64,000 nucleotides of DNA from Candidatus Latescibacterota bacterium (GCA_965237525.1 CBDEFO010000004.1:224001-288000), one strand, 5' to 3'; shown: positions 12,201-22,351, counted from the first letter of the stretch. A program made the numbers and translations. Notes: generated from the sequence alone by a model not told the origin.

Positions 12201-12914
12201 GTGAGTATTATGACAGAGCTGCTCTATTGGTGGAACTTGATTTTTGTTCTACCTTTTGTCGCAGCACTGTTCTACATCCTGCTACTGACTACTGGAACAG
12301 GAGCGGCCCACCATGGTCATGGAACAGATGTTGATCATGACGTCGATCATGATGTGGGCATCGAACATGACGTAGCTGACACTGGCCATGATTTTGGACA
12401 TGGTGTTGAGCACGGATGCGAGGCCGGAACCTTTTTAAGAGGCCTAAGCTTCCTGGGAATCGGAAGAGTTCCTGTCTCTATCATTGTGGTCTCTTTCTGT
12501 TTCATCTGGGGATTTAGTGGTTGGGCAAGCAATAGGATGTTAGACGAGATTCTTCCAGCCACGTTGTTTTTCTGGCCATCGTTGGTTATCGCTCTTCTAG
12601 CCTCAGTATTTGTTACTCGCATTTTGGCCACAGGCATTTCAAAAATAATGCCGGCCACCGAGACGTATGCTGTTTCCGAAGGTCAGTTAACTGGCAGGAT
12701 AGCCGAAGCGGTTACCAATATTGATGACAGTTTTGGCCAAGCCCAAGTTCACGATGACTCAGGGTTCCTCCACACTATTTCCTCTCGGGTAAAACCGGGA
12801 GAGAAAAAAATTCCCCGGGGAACCCAGGTGGTACTTATGTATCACAACCAGGAAGAGCGCTTCTTTTTTGTAAACAGCGAGCTTCCGTCAACTGAAGGAC
12901 TGACCGAGGAGTGA
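12201..12914 (+). CDS. YqiJ/NfeD-like membrane protein with His/Asp-rich loop and C-terminal OB-fold
   Basis: LSFLGIGRVP motif, TM helices, and a G.A.V.D..G..H OB-fold pattern. Confidence 0.8.
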   Translation: MSIMTELLYWWNLIFVLPFVAALFYILLLTTGTGAAHHGHGTDVDHDVDHDVGIEHDVADTGHDFGHGVEHGCEAGTFLRGLSFLGIGRVPVSIIVVSFCFIWGFSGWASNRMLDEILPATLFFWPSLVIALLASVFVTRILATGISKIMPATETYAVSEGQLTGRIAEAVTNIDDSFGQAQVHDDSGFLHTISSRVKPGEKKIPRGTQVVLMYHNQEERFFFVNSELPSTEGLTEE

Positions 12915-12948
12915 GTCAATTTACTCACCAGAAAAGAAAGGGGGAAAA

Positions 12949-14949
12949 ATGATGGGCGCACTAATAGTAGTTGTTGCCCTGGCCTTTGTCACTCTGCCTC
13001 TGGTTTCCAGCGACTATGTCCAGGGGATCAGCCAGATACTCATTGTTGGTTTTGGAGTTCTGCTGCTGGTGCTGGTATCGGGTATTCGCATTATAACCCG
13101 TCTCTACCGAAGAACAGCCGCAGACGAAGCGTTCGTGAGAACAGGAATGGGCGGGCAAAAAGTTATTATTGATGGCGGTGCTCTTGTTGTTCCTGCTGTA
13201 CACGAATTAATTCCAGTATCCCTCAGCACCATGAGGCTTGATGTTGAAAGGACAGGACCCCATGCTCTTATTACTGGAGATAAACTCCGAGCTGACATCG
13301 AGGCAGAATTCTACATCAAGGTTCAGAAAGAAAGAGATGACGTGGTCAATGCCGCAACCTCTCTTGGCGAGAGGTCGGTTACTCCAGAAAACGTCAAAGA
13401 GCTAGTTTTTGACAAGCTGGTTTCAGCACTCAGAACCGTTGCTGCTACCAAAGATCTTCATGATCTGAACGAGAAGCGGGATGAGTTTGCTCACGCGGTC
13501 CAGAACATAGTGGAAAAAGACCTCAAGCATAATGGTCTGACATTGGAGACGGTCACTGTTTCAATGTTGGATCAGACCCCGCCGGATAAGATGCGGGCGG
13601 ACTCAAACGTTTTTGACGCTGAAGGCACGAGGAAGATCGCTGAGATCACCCAGAAGATGCGGGTGGAAACAAACGCCATCGCGCGTAAGGCGGACAAGGA
13701 AGTCAAACAACAGGACGTTGAGAAGGATAAGTTCGTCTACACGCAAGAACTTGGACGTGCCACTGCCGAGGCTATCCAAGACAGCGATATCCAACAAGCC
13801 CAAGCTGAAGCTGCGCAGAAAGCGGACACTTTCACTGCCGAGCAGGAAGAACAAGCCCGCGTTCGTGAGGTAGAAAGAGACCAGGCCATCCAGGTTTCGG
13901 GAGTCGAAAAGGCAAAACAAATCCAGGTGGCTAATGAGCAGCGCGAGCAGGCCCAGCAAGAAGCTGCGATTAAGAAACAAAAGGCTGTGGCCGATAGAAA
14001 CAAAGAGAAAGCCGAAGCTGAAGCTGCGCAGAAAGCGGCTGAGACTGAACGCGAGAAAGAAGCTCAGAATGTACAGACCGTTGCCATCACTGAAGAGGCA
14101 AAACGGACGGCTGAAAAAGGGTACATTGCAAAAGCCCGAGAGATTGACCAAGATGCGTACGAAAAGGAGCGTCAAGCTGAAGCAGAGCGGGTAGCCGCTG
14201 CAAGAGAAGCCGAGGCTCGTAAGACAAAAGCTGTGGCTGAAAAGGAGGCTCTGACAGACGAGGCTGAAGGTAAGACTGCTAGCGAAATGGTTCCAGTCAA
14301 CGTTGAAAGAAAGAAGGTTGAAGTTGAACAGTCTCGAGTCAACGATGTGACCAAACCACAGTTGGCAGCCAAAGCTGAGTTCCAGGAAATCTCCGTAAAG
14401 CTCGAGCTTGGCCTGAAGAACATCGAGGTCAATGGTGAGGTTCAAAAAGCTTTTGCCGATGCTATGGGGCTATCTCTTAGCGAGGCTGATATGAACATCT
14501 TCGGTGACCCTACCACTCTGGGTAAAATGATGACCATGTTCAGGAACGGTCAAGCTCTTTCAACCGGAATTGATGGTTTCATGAAAAGTGTTGACCCGGA
14601 TGCCCTTGGTCTCATCGGGGATATTGTCTCAGGTGTCAAAGACACTCTCACTGGAATCTTCCAGGGTATCTTTGGTAAAACCCTAGAAGATAGTACTGTT
14701 CAGGCTCTGGCTGCTAAGATTACTGAACAGCCTGAGATTCTCGAGCAGATCCAGGAGAAAGTAGTTTCGGCCCTCAAATCCCCGAGGGATGAAGCTGGGC
14801 TGGCTCAATACTTGGCTGCTACCTTTGGAGATGATTTTGATCTTAAGAGTGTTTCTGCTCTAATCGAAACCATCAAGGAGAAGCCGGCGATTCTTGGTCA
14901 GCTCAATCAAGCTTTTTCTAAACTTCAAGTCGCTGGTGCGACTGAGTAA
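12949..14949 (+). CDS. Flotillin/SPFH protein (YqiK-like)
   Basis: AFVRTGMGGQKVIIDGGALVVP and DLKHNGLTLETV motifs, followed by an EA-rich coiled coil. Confidence 0.92.
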   Translation: MMGALIVVVALAFVTLPLVSSDYVQGISQILIVGFGVLLLVLVSGIRIITRLYRRTAADEAFVRTGMGGQKVIIDGGALVVPAVHELIPVSLSTMRLDVERTGPHALITGDKLRADIEAEFYIKVQKERDDVVNAATSLGERSVTPENVKELVFDKLVSALRTVAATKDLHDLNEKRDEFAHAVQNIVEKDLKHNGLTLETVTVSMLDQTPPDKMRADSNVFDAEGTRKIAEITQKMRVETNAIARKADKEVKQQDVEKDKFVYTQELGRATAEAIQDSDIQQAQAEAAQKADTFTAEQEEQARVREVERDQAIQVSGVEKAKQIQVANEQREQAQQEAAIKKQKAVADRNKEKAEAEAAQKAAETEREKEAQNVQTVAITEEAKRTAEKGYIAKAREIDQDAYEKERQAEAERVAAAREAEARKTKAVAEKEALTDEAEGKTASEMVPVNVERKKVEVEQSRVNDVTKPQLAAKAEFQEISVKLELGLKNIEVNGEVQKAFADAMGLSLSEADMNIFGDPTTLGKMMTMFRNGQALSTGIDGFMKSVDPDALGLIGDIVSGVKDTLTGIFQGIFGKTLEDSTVQALAAKITEQPEILEQIQEKVVSALKSPRDEAGLAQYLAATFGDDFDLKSVSALIETIKEKPAILGQLNQAFSKLQVAGATE

Positions 14950-15015
14950 ACCTAAAAACAGGGAACGCTGGGTCTTTTTAGGAGACCCTGCACTCTCCTC
15001 TTAAGGAGAAGAGCC

Positions 15016-15492
15016 ATGGAAGCAACACCTGGAGATGATATTAAGCCAAAGGTACTGGTGATTTCCTGCTCCGATGGTAGGTTTGCTCAAGCAAAGCAGC
15101 AGTTCCTAACTGAAGATTTAGAGCTTACAGTTTTTGACGAAGTTACTGTACCGGGAGGGCCAGCCAGAGTTCTCATTTCCGGAACTAACTTCTTTGCGGT
15201 CCAGGATGATATAAAGATGCTTGCTAAGGCACACGCAACAGAAAGGGTAATTGCCATTGCACATTTCGATTGTGCCTACTACCACAACAAGCATCCAAGA
15301 TTAGAAGAAGAGGCAGACCTAAGGGAAAAGCAGAAAAATGACCTTCTTGAATTTGCCGAGGAGATCAAGAATCTTGTTCCCAATGTCTTGGTGGAACTCT
15401 ATCGGGAAAATGTTGAAGATGGCCAAGTAGTTTTCCGTGAGATTAAACCAACAACTTTAGGAGGTGATGAAAATGGGCTGGTTGATACATAA
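15016..15492 (+). CDS. Beta-carbonic anhydrase-like metal-binding protein
   Basis: CSDGR, VPGG and HFDC motifs, matching the Cys/Asp/His/Cys ligand pattern. Confidence 0.75.
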   Translation: MEATPGDDIKPKVLVISCSDGRFAQAKQQFLTEDLELTVFDEVTVPGGPARVLISGTNFFAVQDDIKMLAKAHATERVIAIAHFDCAYYHNKHPRLEEEADLREKQKNDLLEFAEEIKNLVPNVLVELYRENVEDGQVVFREIKPTTLGGDENGLVDT

Positions 15493-16384
15493 CCCCATTG
15501 CCGATATGTATGGCCACGATTTTCTACTCTTTTACGGGGGCATCATTGTGCTGACGCTGGTAGCCTGTTGGCTGAAACTGCGTCAATCTGACCCGACGGC
15601 ATCCATGCCCCTACCACCGGTCCCTTCCGAACCGAATCCCTATGAAACCGCTTACCTGCGCGGCGGGGAGAATGAAGTAACGCGAGTGGTAATCTTCGGC
15701 TTGACCCAGCGAGGATACTTACAGGTGACAGAGGAAGCGGACAAACGGATAGAACAGGCGCCGGACCATCCTGACCCTGCCCACCTGCCCCAACTGGAAC
15801 GCGCCGTGTTTGAAGCGTTACAAATACCCCTGAGCGCCGAGGACATCTTTAAAAGCGTGAGCTTGTCCTCCACGGTTCGGTCATACTGCACTACTTACGA
15901 GCAGACACTTCAGAACGAGCAATTACTCACAGCCGACGAGGTGAAGACGGCCGCCAAGAGAATCGGACTTACAGGGGCTGCGGTTATCTTCGGCTTGGGA
16001 GGTTACAAGCTACTCATCGCTTTAGCGAAGGGTTACTCCAACGTGGGTTTCCTTATTGTTATGGGCATTGTTTCGCTTGTAATTCTCTTCATAATTTGCG
16101 AGTCGGACCGTCTTAGCAGCAGGGGAAAGAAGTATTTGGAGCGTCTCCAGTTAGCATTCGAGCGGCTGAAGGGGTCTGCTGCCAGTGTCCCCTCTGCGGC
16201 GGTGGACTCAACTCTATTGCTGCTCGTGGGAGTCTTCGGCGTCGAACTGCTTGCGGGAACCCCCTACGCCTACTACCAAGAAATGTTCCAGAGGTCTTCG
16301 TCAGGTGGGGGATCTTGTGGCGCTGGCTGTGGCTCAGGTGGAGGAGACGGGTGTGGCGGCGGCTGCGGCGGCTGCGGGGAATAG
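15473..16384 (+). CDS. TIGR04222-domain membrane protein with C-terminal Gly/Cys-rich tail (putative MNIO substrate)
   Basis: MYG..FL.FY and PYETAYLRGG motifs; tail SSSGGGSCGAGCGSGGGDGCGGGCGGCGE. Confidence 0.88.
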   Translation: MGWLIHNPIADMYGHDFLLFYGGIIVLTLVACWLKLRQSDPTASMPLPPVPSEPNPYETAYLRGGENEVTRVVIFGLTQRGYLQVTEEADKRIEQAPDHPDPAHLPQLERAVFEALQIPLSAEDIFKSVSLSSTVRSYCTTYEQTLQNEQLLTADEVKTAAKRIGLTGAAVIFGLGGYKLLIALAKGYSNVGFLIVMGIVSLVILFIICESDRLSSRGKKYLERLQLAFERLKGSAASVPSAAVDSTLLLLVGVFGVELLAGTPYAYYQEMFQRSSSGGGSCGAGCGSGGGDGCGGGCGGCGE

Positions 16385-16392
16385 TGAGAACT

Positions 16393-17235
16393 ATGGAAGG
16401 TATACTTTCACATCTGCCGGCATTGGGCGTTGGTCTAGGTTTTCGCGAGCCGTTCCGCAGTGACCTCTTTCTGCACCAAAAGAAGGTTGACTTTCTTGAG
16501 ATCACGGCGGATCACTATCTCGATGCGCCGCCAGAGAAGGAGCAAGAGCTGGAATTGCTCTCAGAGCATTTCACGCTCATCCCGCATGGGATCAACCTGT
16601 CCCTGGGAAGCGCTGAGGGAGTAGATGCCGCTTACGTTCGTAAGCTGGCAGCACTCATTCGGCGGCTGAATCCACCGTGGTGGAGTGAACACATCGCCTT
16701 CACGCAAGCGGGCGGTGTGGACATCGGGCATTTGTCACCTTTGCCCTTCACGCGCGAGGCGGTGGAGGTGCTTTCCCACAACATTGAAGCCGTGCGCCGC
16801 CAAATTGACGTGCCACTGATTTTAGAGAACATCACCTACTTGGTGCCCATACCAGGTGCGGAGATGACCGAAGCTGAGTTCCTGAGGGAAGTGCTGGAGC
16901 ATACCGATTGCGGGCTGTTGTTAGATGTCACTAACCTACACATTAATGCTGTCAACTACGCCTATGACGTTCAGGCGTTTTTAGAGCAATTGCCATTGGA
17001 GCGCATAGTGCAGCTTCACTTCGTTGGAGGACATTGGCATAACGGTGTGATCATTGACAGCCACTCGCAACCAACACCGCCTGAGGTGTGGACACTTATG
17101 GAAGCAGTCGTCGCTCATGCGCCGGTGAAAGGGATCATTCTGGAGCGGGATGAGAACATACCTCCGTTTGAAGAACTGCTAGGAGAGATAGAACAGGCAC
17201 GCTCCATTGGAAGACAGCACGAACGATGGGATTAG
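16393..17235 (+). CDS. DUF692 multinuclear non-heme iron oxidative enzyme (MNIO)
   Basis: GVGLGFR, HGINLSLGS, WSEH, LENI, LLDVTN, QLH..GG, IDSH and LERD motifs. Confidence 0.93.
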   Translation: MEGILSHLPALGVGLGFREPFRSDLFLHQKKVDFLEITADHYLDAPPEKEQELELLSEHFTLIPHGINLSLGSAEGVDAAYVRKLAALIRRLNPPWWSEHIAFTQAGGVDIGHLSPLPFTREAVEVLSHNIEAVRRQIDVPLILENITYLVPIPGAEMTEAEFLREVLEHTDCGLLLDVTNLHINAVNYAYDVQAFLEQLPLERIVQLHFVGGHWHNGVIIDSHSQPTPPEVWTLMEAVVAHAPVKGIILERDENIPPFEELLGEIEQARSIGRQHERWD

Positions 17236-17927
17236 CGCAGATACAGCGAGTTTTGAGCCAGCTTTACACCGATGATGTCTTGCGGGAACGTTTCTTTGCG
17301 GATCCACAAGCGGTAGGTGAAGTGTTGGGACTTAGTTCTGCTGAGACACATCAGCTTGCTCAACTATCAGCCCAGCATGTCAACTTCTTCGCCAGGTCAC
17401 TGAAGCGCAAACGGCTAAACGTAGTGTGCAAACTGCTGCCGCTCACGCATCGAGTGTTGGGTAAGCGATTTTCCGGGCTTTTCCTTCAATATGCCGATAC
17501 CCATGTGCCGATGGGGACGAAGAAACATCGAGAAGATGCCGGTGCTTTCTCTAAATTTGTCGAACAGGCCGCTCGTGTGGACGGCATTGAACCGCCTTGG
17601 ATCATGGAGCTAGTTCGTTACGAAGCGTCGTGTCTGGAAGCAGCGGACACAACTTGCTGGTGGATAATGCGCTGGTTTCGTTACCCCCCAGTTAAGCTGG
17701 TGCGAAGTTTGATGCAGGGTGATGGAGCCCCATTGCCATTGGCGCAGCCTACTATTGCTCTCTGGTTTCGCTTCTCGCGGCGAAATCGGCTTCGGCATAT
17801 CGCTCTGACGCTGCCGCGTCCATTCATAGGCAAAAGCGAGGCGTACATAGGCCAGCAACTTCGGAGGCATCCCTGGACCGTTAGGATTACTTGCCATAGA
17901 GACATGGAAATCACAGGAATGAAATAG
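17226..17927 (+). CDS. MNIO partner protein
   Basis: Overlaps the DUF692 stop; LYTD..LRERF and SL.RKR...V..LLP.T...LG..F...F..Y patterns; ELVRYE. Confidence 0.7.
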   Translation: MGLAQIQRVLSQLYTDDVLRERFFADPQAVGEVLGLSSAETHQLAQLSAQHVNFFARSLKRKRLNVVCKLLPLTHRVLGKRFSGLFLQYADTHVPMGTKKHREDAGAFSKFVEQAARVDGIEPPWIMELVRYEASCLEAADTTCWWIMRWFRYPPVKLVRSLMQGDGAPLPLAQPTIALWFRFSRRNRLRHIALTLPRPFIGKSEAYIGQQLRRHPWTVRITCHRDMEITGMK

Positions 17928-18109
17928 AGTTAAGATCATCTTCTATCTTTCTCTGTGTCTTTGTGGTCAAATGGATTAACCCGACGATTAAGGGTCACTA
18001 CCAAATAATCTAGCTCTTTGTTATAGGGGAAGTCCCAGTGACTTCCCTTTTTTATTACAATATCTGACCTGGGGGTAGCTAGAGGCCCAGTCATCCGACT
18101 GGGCAAGGA

Positions 18110-18373
18110 ATTGCCCGTACAATGTGCAGCCAAAATAGGCAGAGGGCTGTGAACAGTACAATGTTTGGAAGACAGACGAGACAGAACTTACTGGAGAAGA
18201 CAGATGGAAGGGCAAGAACTTAGTGTTCTGGAATAGGCTTACTTGATACTAACAGATAGCTACGCAGGTACCACGGGTACGACCACTACGAGGTCCTCTA
18301 TAGTAACTTTTCAAAAAAACAAAGGGAAATGGAAATAATAAAGTTTGTGTGCGTGCCCTCGTACTGGTCGTAC
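18110..18373 (+). pseudogene. Degraded P4/D5-type primase C-terminus plus origin-like inverted repeat module
   Basis: Translates to CSQNRQRAVNSTMFG...LEK...GIGLLDT, homologous to the 47640-47843 ORF. It is followed by GTACGA/TCGTAC repeats around an AT-rich core. Confidence 0.6.
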
Positions 18374-18456
18374 TTGCAAAAAAGAAGGGGCAAGATTAAA
18401 GAGGTTTTTTTGTGATTGACATCTGAAGCAAAGTTTTGTATCTTTTTCTTTGAAAC

Positions 18457-18472
18457 TGTGATCTATGTCACA
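18457..18472. promoter_or_regulatory. CRP/FNR-family binding site
   Basis: TGTGATCTATGTCACA, a perfect TGTGA-N6-TCACA. Confidence 0.6.
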
Positions 18473-18606
18473 GATTCCTTCAGAGCTACTGATTAAGGTA
18501 TAGCAAATGGCAAATGAAGGATAGCAAATTCATAGCCAGAGTCTTCGATGCCAATACACAGGTTATTTCCGGAAGACTTTCCTCGGACTATCGGAAGTAG
18601 GTTACT

Positions 18607-19542
18607 ATGCTGATTGCGACTGAAACGACTCTATACTTTCAGGAAGGGGGCGGGAATCAGAATTCTCCCTCGGTACGATTAGAAAGGGAGGGCATAGAGC
18701 GTGTTGAGGAAGGAGTCCAATCTGAGGTTATAGCGCTGGCGAGCGGGGAGATCGTTCTCCTTTCCAAAGACGAATTACAGCGCATCTCCACCGGGATCGA
18801 AGATCCTATCGAATCGCTGGCGATTCTGCATGAAGGCCCCCTGGATCTGTTGATCGGCACAGAGGGACCGCATCTCTACAGGCTTTCAGGCGACGCCGGC
18901 GCAGTCCAGTGTATCCCTTCGTTTGAGGCGCTGGACTGCCGCAAGGAGTGGTACACGCCGTGGGGTGGGCCCGCATCCGTCCGAAGCCTTGCCTGTACAA
19001 AAGATGGTTGGGTCTACGCCGATATCCACGTGGGGAGCATCATGCGCTCTTCCGACCGGGGAGACTCGTGGGAGCCTGTTACGCCAGACCTGTACAAGGA
19101 CGTCCACCAGGTGGCGACCTGTCCAGAGTCGGATCGCCGGATCTATGCGAACACGGCCAACGCTGTCTATCTCAGCGAAGATCGAGGGCAGTCGTGGCTG
19201 CACCGCGCAGACGGGATGAGAGAACGCTACGGTAGGGCTATCGCCGTCCATCCCACGGATCCCGACTGTCTCCTTGCGACTGCCAGCCACGGTCCCGGCG
19301 GAGACGTTCAGGGCCAGCTCTACCGGTCAGAAGATGCGGGGTTGACCTGGGCGCATGTCACGGAGGGATTCCCGACATCCACAAGGAAAAACATCGATAC
19401 CTTCCACGTCGCCTTTTCGTCCGAAGGCCTTGCGTGGGCGGTTGTGGAAGCGACCCTGTTCGTGAGTCAGAACCGCGGTAGGAGTTGGGAATCTTTCTGG
19501 GAGGCCCCGGAGCAGATCATCATGATCTCTTGTCGGCGCTGA
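18607..19542 (+). CDS. BNR/Asp-box beta-propeller protein
   Basis: Repeated S.D.G.SW motifs. Confidence 0.8.
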   Translation: MLIATETTLYFQEGGGNQNSPSVRLEREGIERVEEGVQSEVIALASGEIVLLSKDELQRISTGIEDPIESLAILHEGPLDLLIGTEGPHLYRLSGDAGAVQCIPSFEALDCRKEWYTPWGGPASVRSLACTKDGWVYADIHVGSIMRSSDRGDSWEPVTPDLYKDVHQVATCPESDRRIYANTANAVYLSEDRGQSWLHRADGMRERYGRAIAVHPTDPDCLLATASHGPGGDVQGQLYRSEDAGLTWAHVTEGFPTSTRKNIDTFHVAFSSEGLAWAVVEATLFVSQNRGRSWESFWEAPEQIIMISCRR

Positions 19543-19772
19543 CGGCAAGTAAGAACAGGAACAACATAATAAAAAGAAGCGATTGCTTCGCCCATCCACT
19601 TGGTGGTTTGCCGGCATTTCGTGCCCCCTGCAATCACCCCCCTGTATCCCCCCTTGATAAGGGAGGAATGAAAGGGGCGTGGCAGCAACGCACACAGTGC
19701 CCACGCCCCCCAACGATTCTATCGGCGGTTTATCCCGAAGCAATCTCAACCCCTACAGATTCGGCGGATATT

Positions 19773-20375
19773 ATGTTGAACAAAGAGGAATGCCTGAGGA
19801 AAATAGCCGAATGCCGCACCCAGGAGATAGTCATAACGACTATGGGAACGGCAAGACCCTGGGCGAGTGTTTCGCATCACGATTTAGATTTCGCTTCGGT
19901 GGGTAATGCAATGGGTCACGCTGCGGATTTTGCCCTGGGGATAGCCTTGGCACGCCCCGAAAGGAGAGTTATCTGCATCAACGGAGACGGGAGCCTGCTT
20001 ATGAGTCTGGGAATATTGGTGACTGTAGCCAATCTCGCCCCTAAGAACTACGTGATGGTCGTCTTTGAGAACGGGACTTACGAAGTGACGGGAAACCAGC
20101 CGATACCGGGCGCAGGAAATTCCAGCCTGGCACAGATGGCAAGAGGGGCCGGTTTAGAGCAGGTCTATGAGTTCAGCCAGATAGACGAATTTGAAGGACA
20201 GATCGCCCAGATATTAAAAGCAGAGGGTCCGGTCTTCTTGAGTCTAGAGGTAGAGCCCGGAGACGAGGATCCTCCGATGAGGAGAGCGGACCATCCAGCG
20301 TGGTATCTTACAAATACACTTAGCGAAGATGCACTTGCGTTGAAGAAGAAGTTGGAATCTTCATTCCCTACCTAG
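19773..20375 (+). CDS. Thiamine-pyrophosphate enzyme beta subunit (sulfopyruvate/phosphonopyruvate decarboxylase beta-like)
   Basis: MGHA..FALGIALARP, GDGSLLM and N..YEVTG.Q motifs. Confidence 0.85.
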   Translation: MLNKEECLRKIAECRTQEIVITTMGTARPWASVSHHDLDFASVGNAMGHAADFALGIALARPERRVICINGDGSLLMSLGILVTVANLAPKNYVMVVFENGTYEVTGNQPIPGAGNSSLAQMARGAGLEQVYEFSQIDEFEGQIAQILKAEGPVFLSLEVEPGDEDPPMRRADHPAWYLTNTLSEDALALKKKLESSFPT

Positions 20376-22200
20376 CGGGAATGAGAGGCAGCAAGACATG
20401 CGAAGTATGTCCCCTGTCATGATATACCGTGTTCTGAGCTATCACAAGCCTCCTCTCACAGCCGAGCGGACCGCCCGTGTTCGGATTTACGTCGAATCTC
20501 GGGAAATTGCTGCTTGAGACATCTACCCTTATCCTGTGACCCTTCTTGAACAGGTTGGACGTAGGATACATCACGATCTCGAATCTGTATATCTTTCCCG
20601 GTTGCATCAATTCCGCACTTTCTCTGGAGTTCCTGTAGCGGGCCCTTATTATGCTGTCGGAGATGTTCATATCGAACCCCGAAGGATAGTCCTCATTGGG
20701 AGGATATACGTCTAAAAGCTTGACCGTAAAGTCCGTATCCAGGGCAGATGAAGACGCCCAAAGCACGAATGTAAGTGGCCCCGTAACCTCAACTTCCTTT
20801 TCCAAGACATCAGTTTGGAATACCAATACATCGTTCCTTGCCGAAAGGGGCATACTATCCCTGCAACCCAAGAAATCTTCCCTTCCTCTCTGATCGAACG
20901 CCCCTGCCGGTATCACGTCATCTGCGGCTGATATATTGCCCCCGATAGTCGGCACAGGATCGCGCGGATCGAAAGTGTAGCTGCTTGGAGGATCGTCATC
21001 CGGGACATCGGTAGAGAGGCGTCCGTCCAGATGGATGTAATACTTAGTATATATAGTCCTTTCCAAAGGCCATTGGTTCTCAAACCTCCACCTGCCGCCG
21101 TGATTTAGCCCTTCGTCTATAGTCTTCCTGCCGTCACCTCCTCCCATAACGAATATTTTGACCGGTGGATCGTCCATAATCCCCGTATCCAATCCCTTGA
21201 GATTGTAGTCGAACCACCTTAACCTGAAATCGTTGTAGTCCAGAGCGGCATCTGCGCCGAACTCCACATCACCGCAGCGGGACAATTCCAAAGTCTGCGC
21301 GCCGTGCGACCAGGGACCCATAATCAGCCTTATCGGCTCCTTTTTCATAGTGGACAGGCGCACATAATTGTCCGTCGTGGCTCTCGTGTAAGAGTCGTAC
21401 CATCCCCCTAAGTAGTACGCAGGCACATCGGCGTGTTCGTCATAGTATTCCTCGATGCTGTATCCCCTCTGTTTCCAATACTCATTATAGTCCCCTGTGG
21501 TCATGATGTCCAGTATCCACTGCTCATAAGTTGGGAAGAGACTCAAAGGCGAAGTCCCCTTCCCGTGCGGGTGTCTGGTCAGCCAATGTCCTACGTTCCT
21601 GTAGGCCTGCTCAGCAGCTGCCCTTTTAGCGGGGTCTTTCAAGGCCTCCTTGCTTGATAAGGCCATGCGAAAGGCATAGACGAAGAACGTGAGTTCACAT
21701 GCCCCGTTGTGCCTCATAGAACAGGTGTGATAGTTAGATGCCCCCTCGCTTACGAACATGCACTTTAGATGAGGCGGATTCATAGTGGCCAGAGCGCTTT
21801 GATCGCTTCCGCTGTAGGAAAGACCCATAGTCCCCACCTGGCCATCGCACCACTTCTGTTGCGCTATCCACTCGACTGCGTCGTACCCATCTGGCGCCTC
21901 ATTTGCAAAGGCATACCATACGCCTTCAGAATCGAATCTGCCTCTGACATCCTGGATGGCGACCACATAACCCCTTCGGGCGAAGTAGTTGCCGCTTTTG
22001 ACCATATCCAGCCTTATCTGTTTGCCGTACGGACTCCGCTCCAAAATGGCCGGGAATCTCCCCTTCGCAGGACTACCCTCCAGCGCGGGAAAATAGATGT
22101 CCGTCGCCAATTTCACACCGTCCCGCATTGACACAATCACGTTCCTCTCTACGACCACTTCATACTGCTGATGCGAGCCCTGTCTGCCAGAATCTGACAT
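20368..22200 (-). CDS. CocE/NonD family hydrolase
   Basis: MRDGVKLATDIY, QDVRGRFDSEG, GLSYSG, GGWYD and GPWSH motifs. Confidence 0.93.
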   Translation of the reverse strand: MSDSGRQGSHQQYEVVVERNVIVSMRDGVKLATDIYFPALEGSPAKGRFPAILERSPYGKQIRLDMVKSGNYFARRGYVVAIQDVRGRFDSEGVWYAFANEAPDGYDAVEWIAQQKWCDGQVGTMGLSYSGSDQSALATMNPPHLKCMFVSEGASNYHTCSMRHNGACELTFFVYAFRMALSSKEALKDPAKRAAAEQAYRNVGHWLTRHPHGKGTSPLSLFPTYEQWILDIMTTGDYNEYWKQRGYSIEEYYDEHADVPAYYLGGWYDSYTRATTDNYVRLSTMKKEPIRLIMGPWSHGAQTLELSRCGDVEFGADAALDYNDFRLRWFDYNLKGLDTGIMDDPPVKIFVMGGGDGRKTIDEGLNHGGRWRFENQWPLERTIYTKYYIHLDGRLSTDVPDDDPPSSYTFDPRDPVPTIGGNISAADDVIPAGAFDQRGREDFLGCRDSMPLSARNDVLVFQTDVLEKEVEVTGPLTFVLWASSSALDTDFTVKLLDVYPPNEDYPSGFDMNISDSIIRARYRNSRESAELMQPGKIYRFEIVMYPTSNLFKKGHRIRVDVSSSNFPRFDVNPNTGGPLGCERRLVIAQNTVYHDRGHTSHVLLPLIPAR

Positions 22201-22282
22201 GCGTCTGTTCCTATATTAGTAATCGAAGCAAAATATCCCGCACAGTGACGGCTCCTCCCTTCTGCACCATCTACAGAACCAA

Positions 22283-22351
22283 GCAACGTCATTGCTACGC
22301 CCCCCGATTGAATCTATCGGGGGTTAACTCGGGGATAGCTAAGTAATCTCA
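22283..22351 (-). repeat. Composite REP-like element (GAGATT...GCAATGAC frame with CCCCGATAGATTCAATCGGGG core)
   Basis: Inverted homolog at 23395-23467. Confidence 0.7.
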
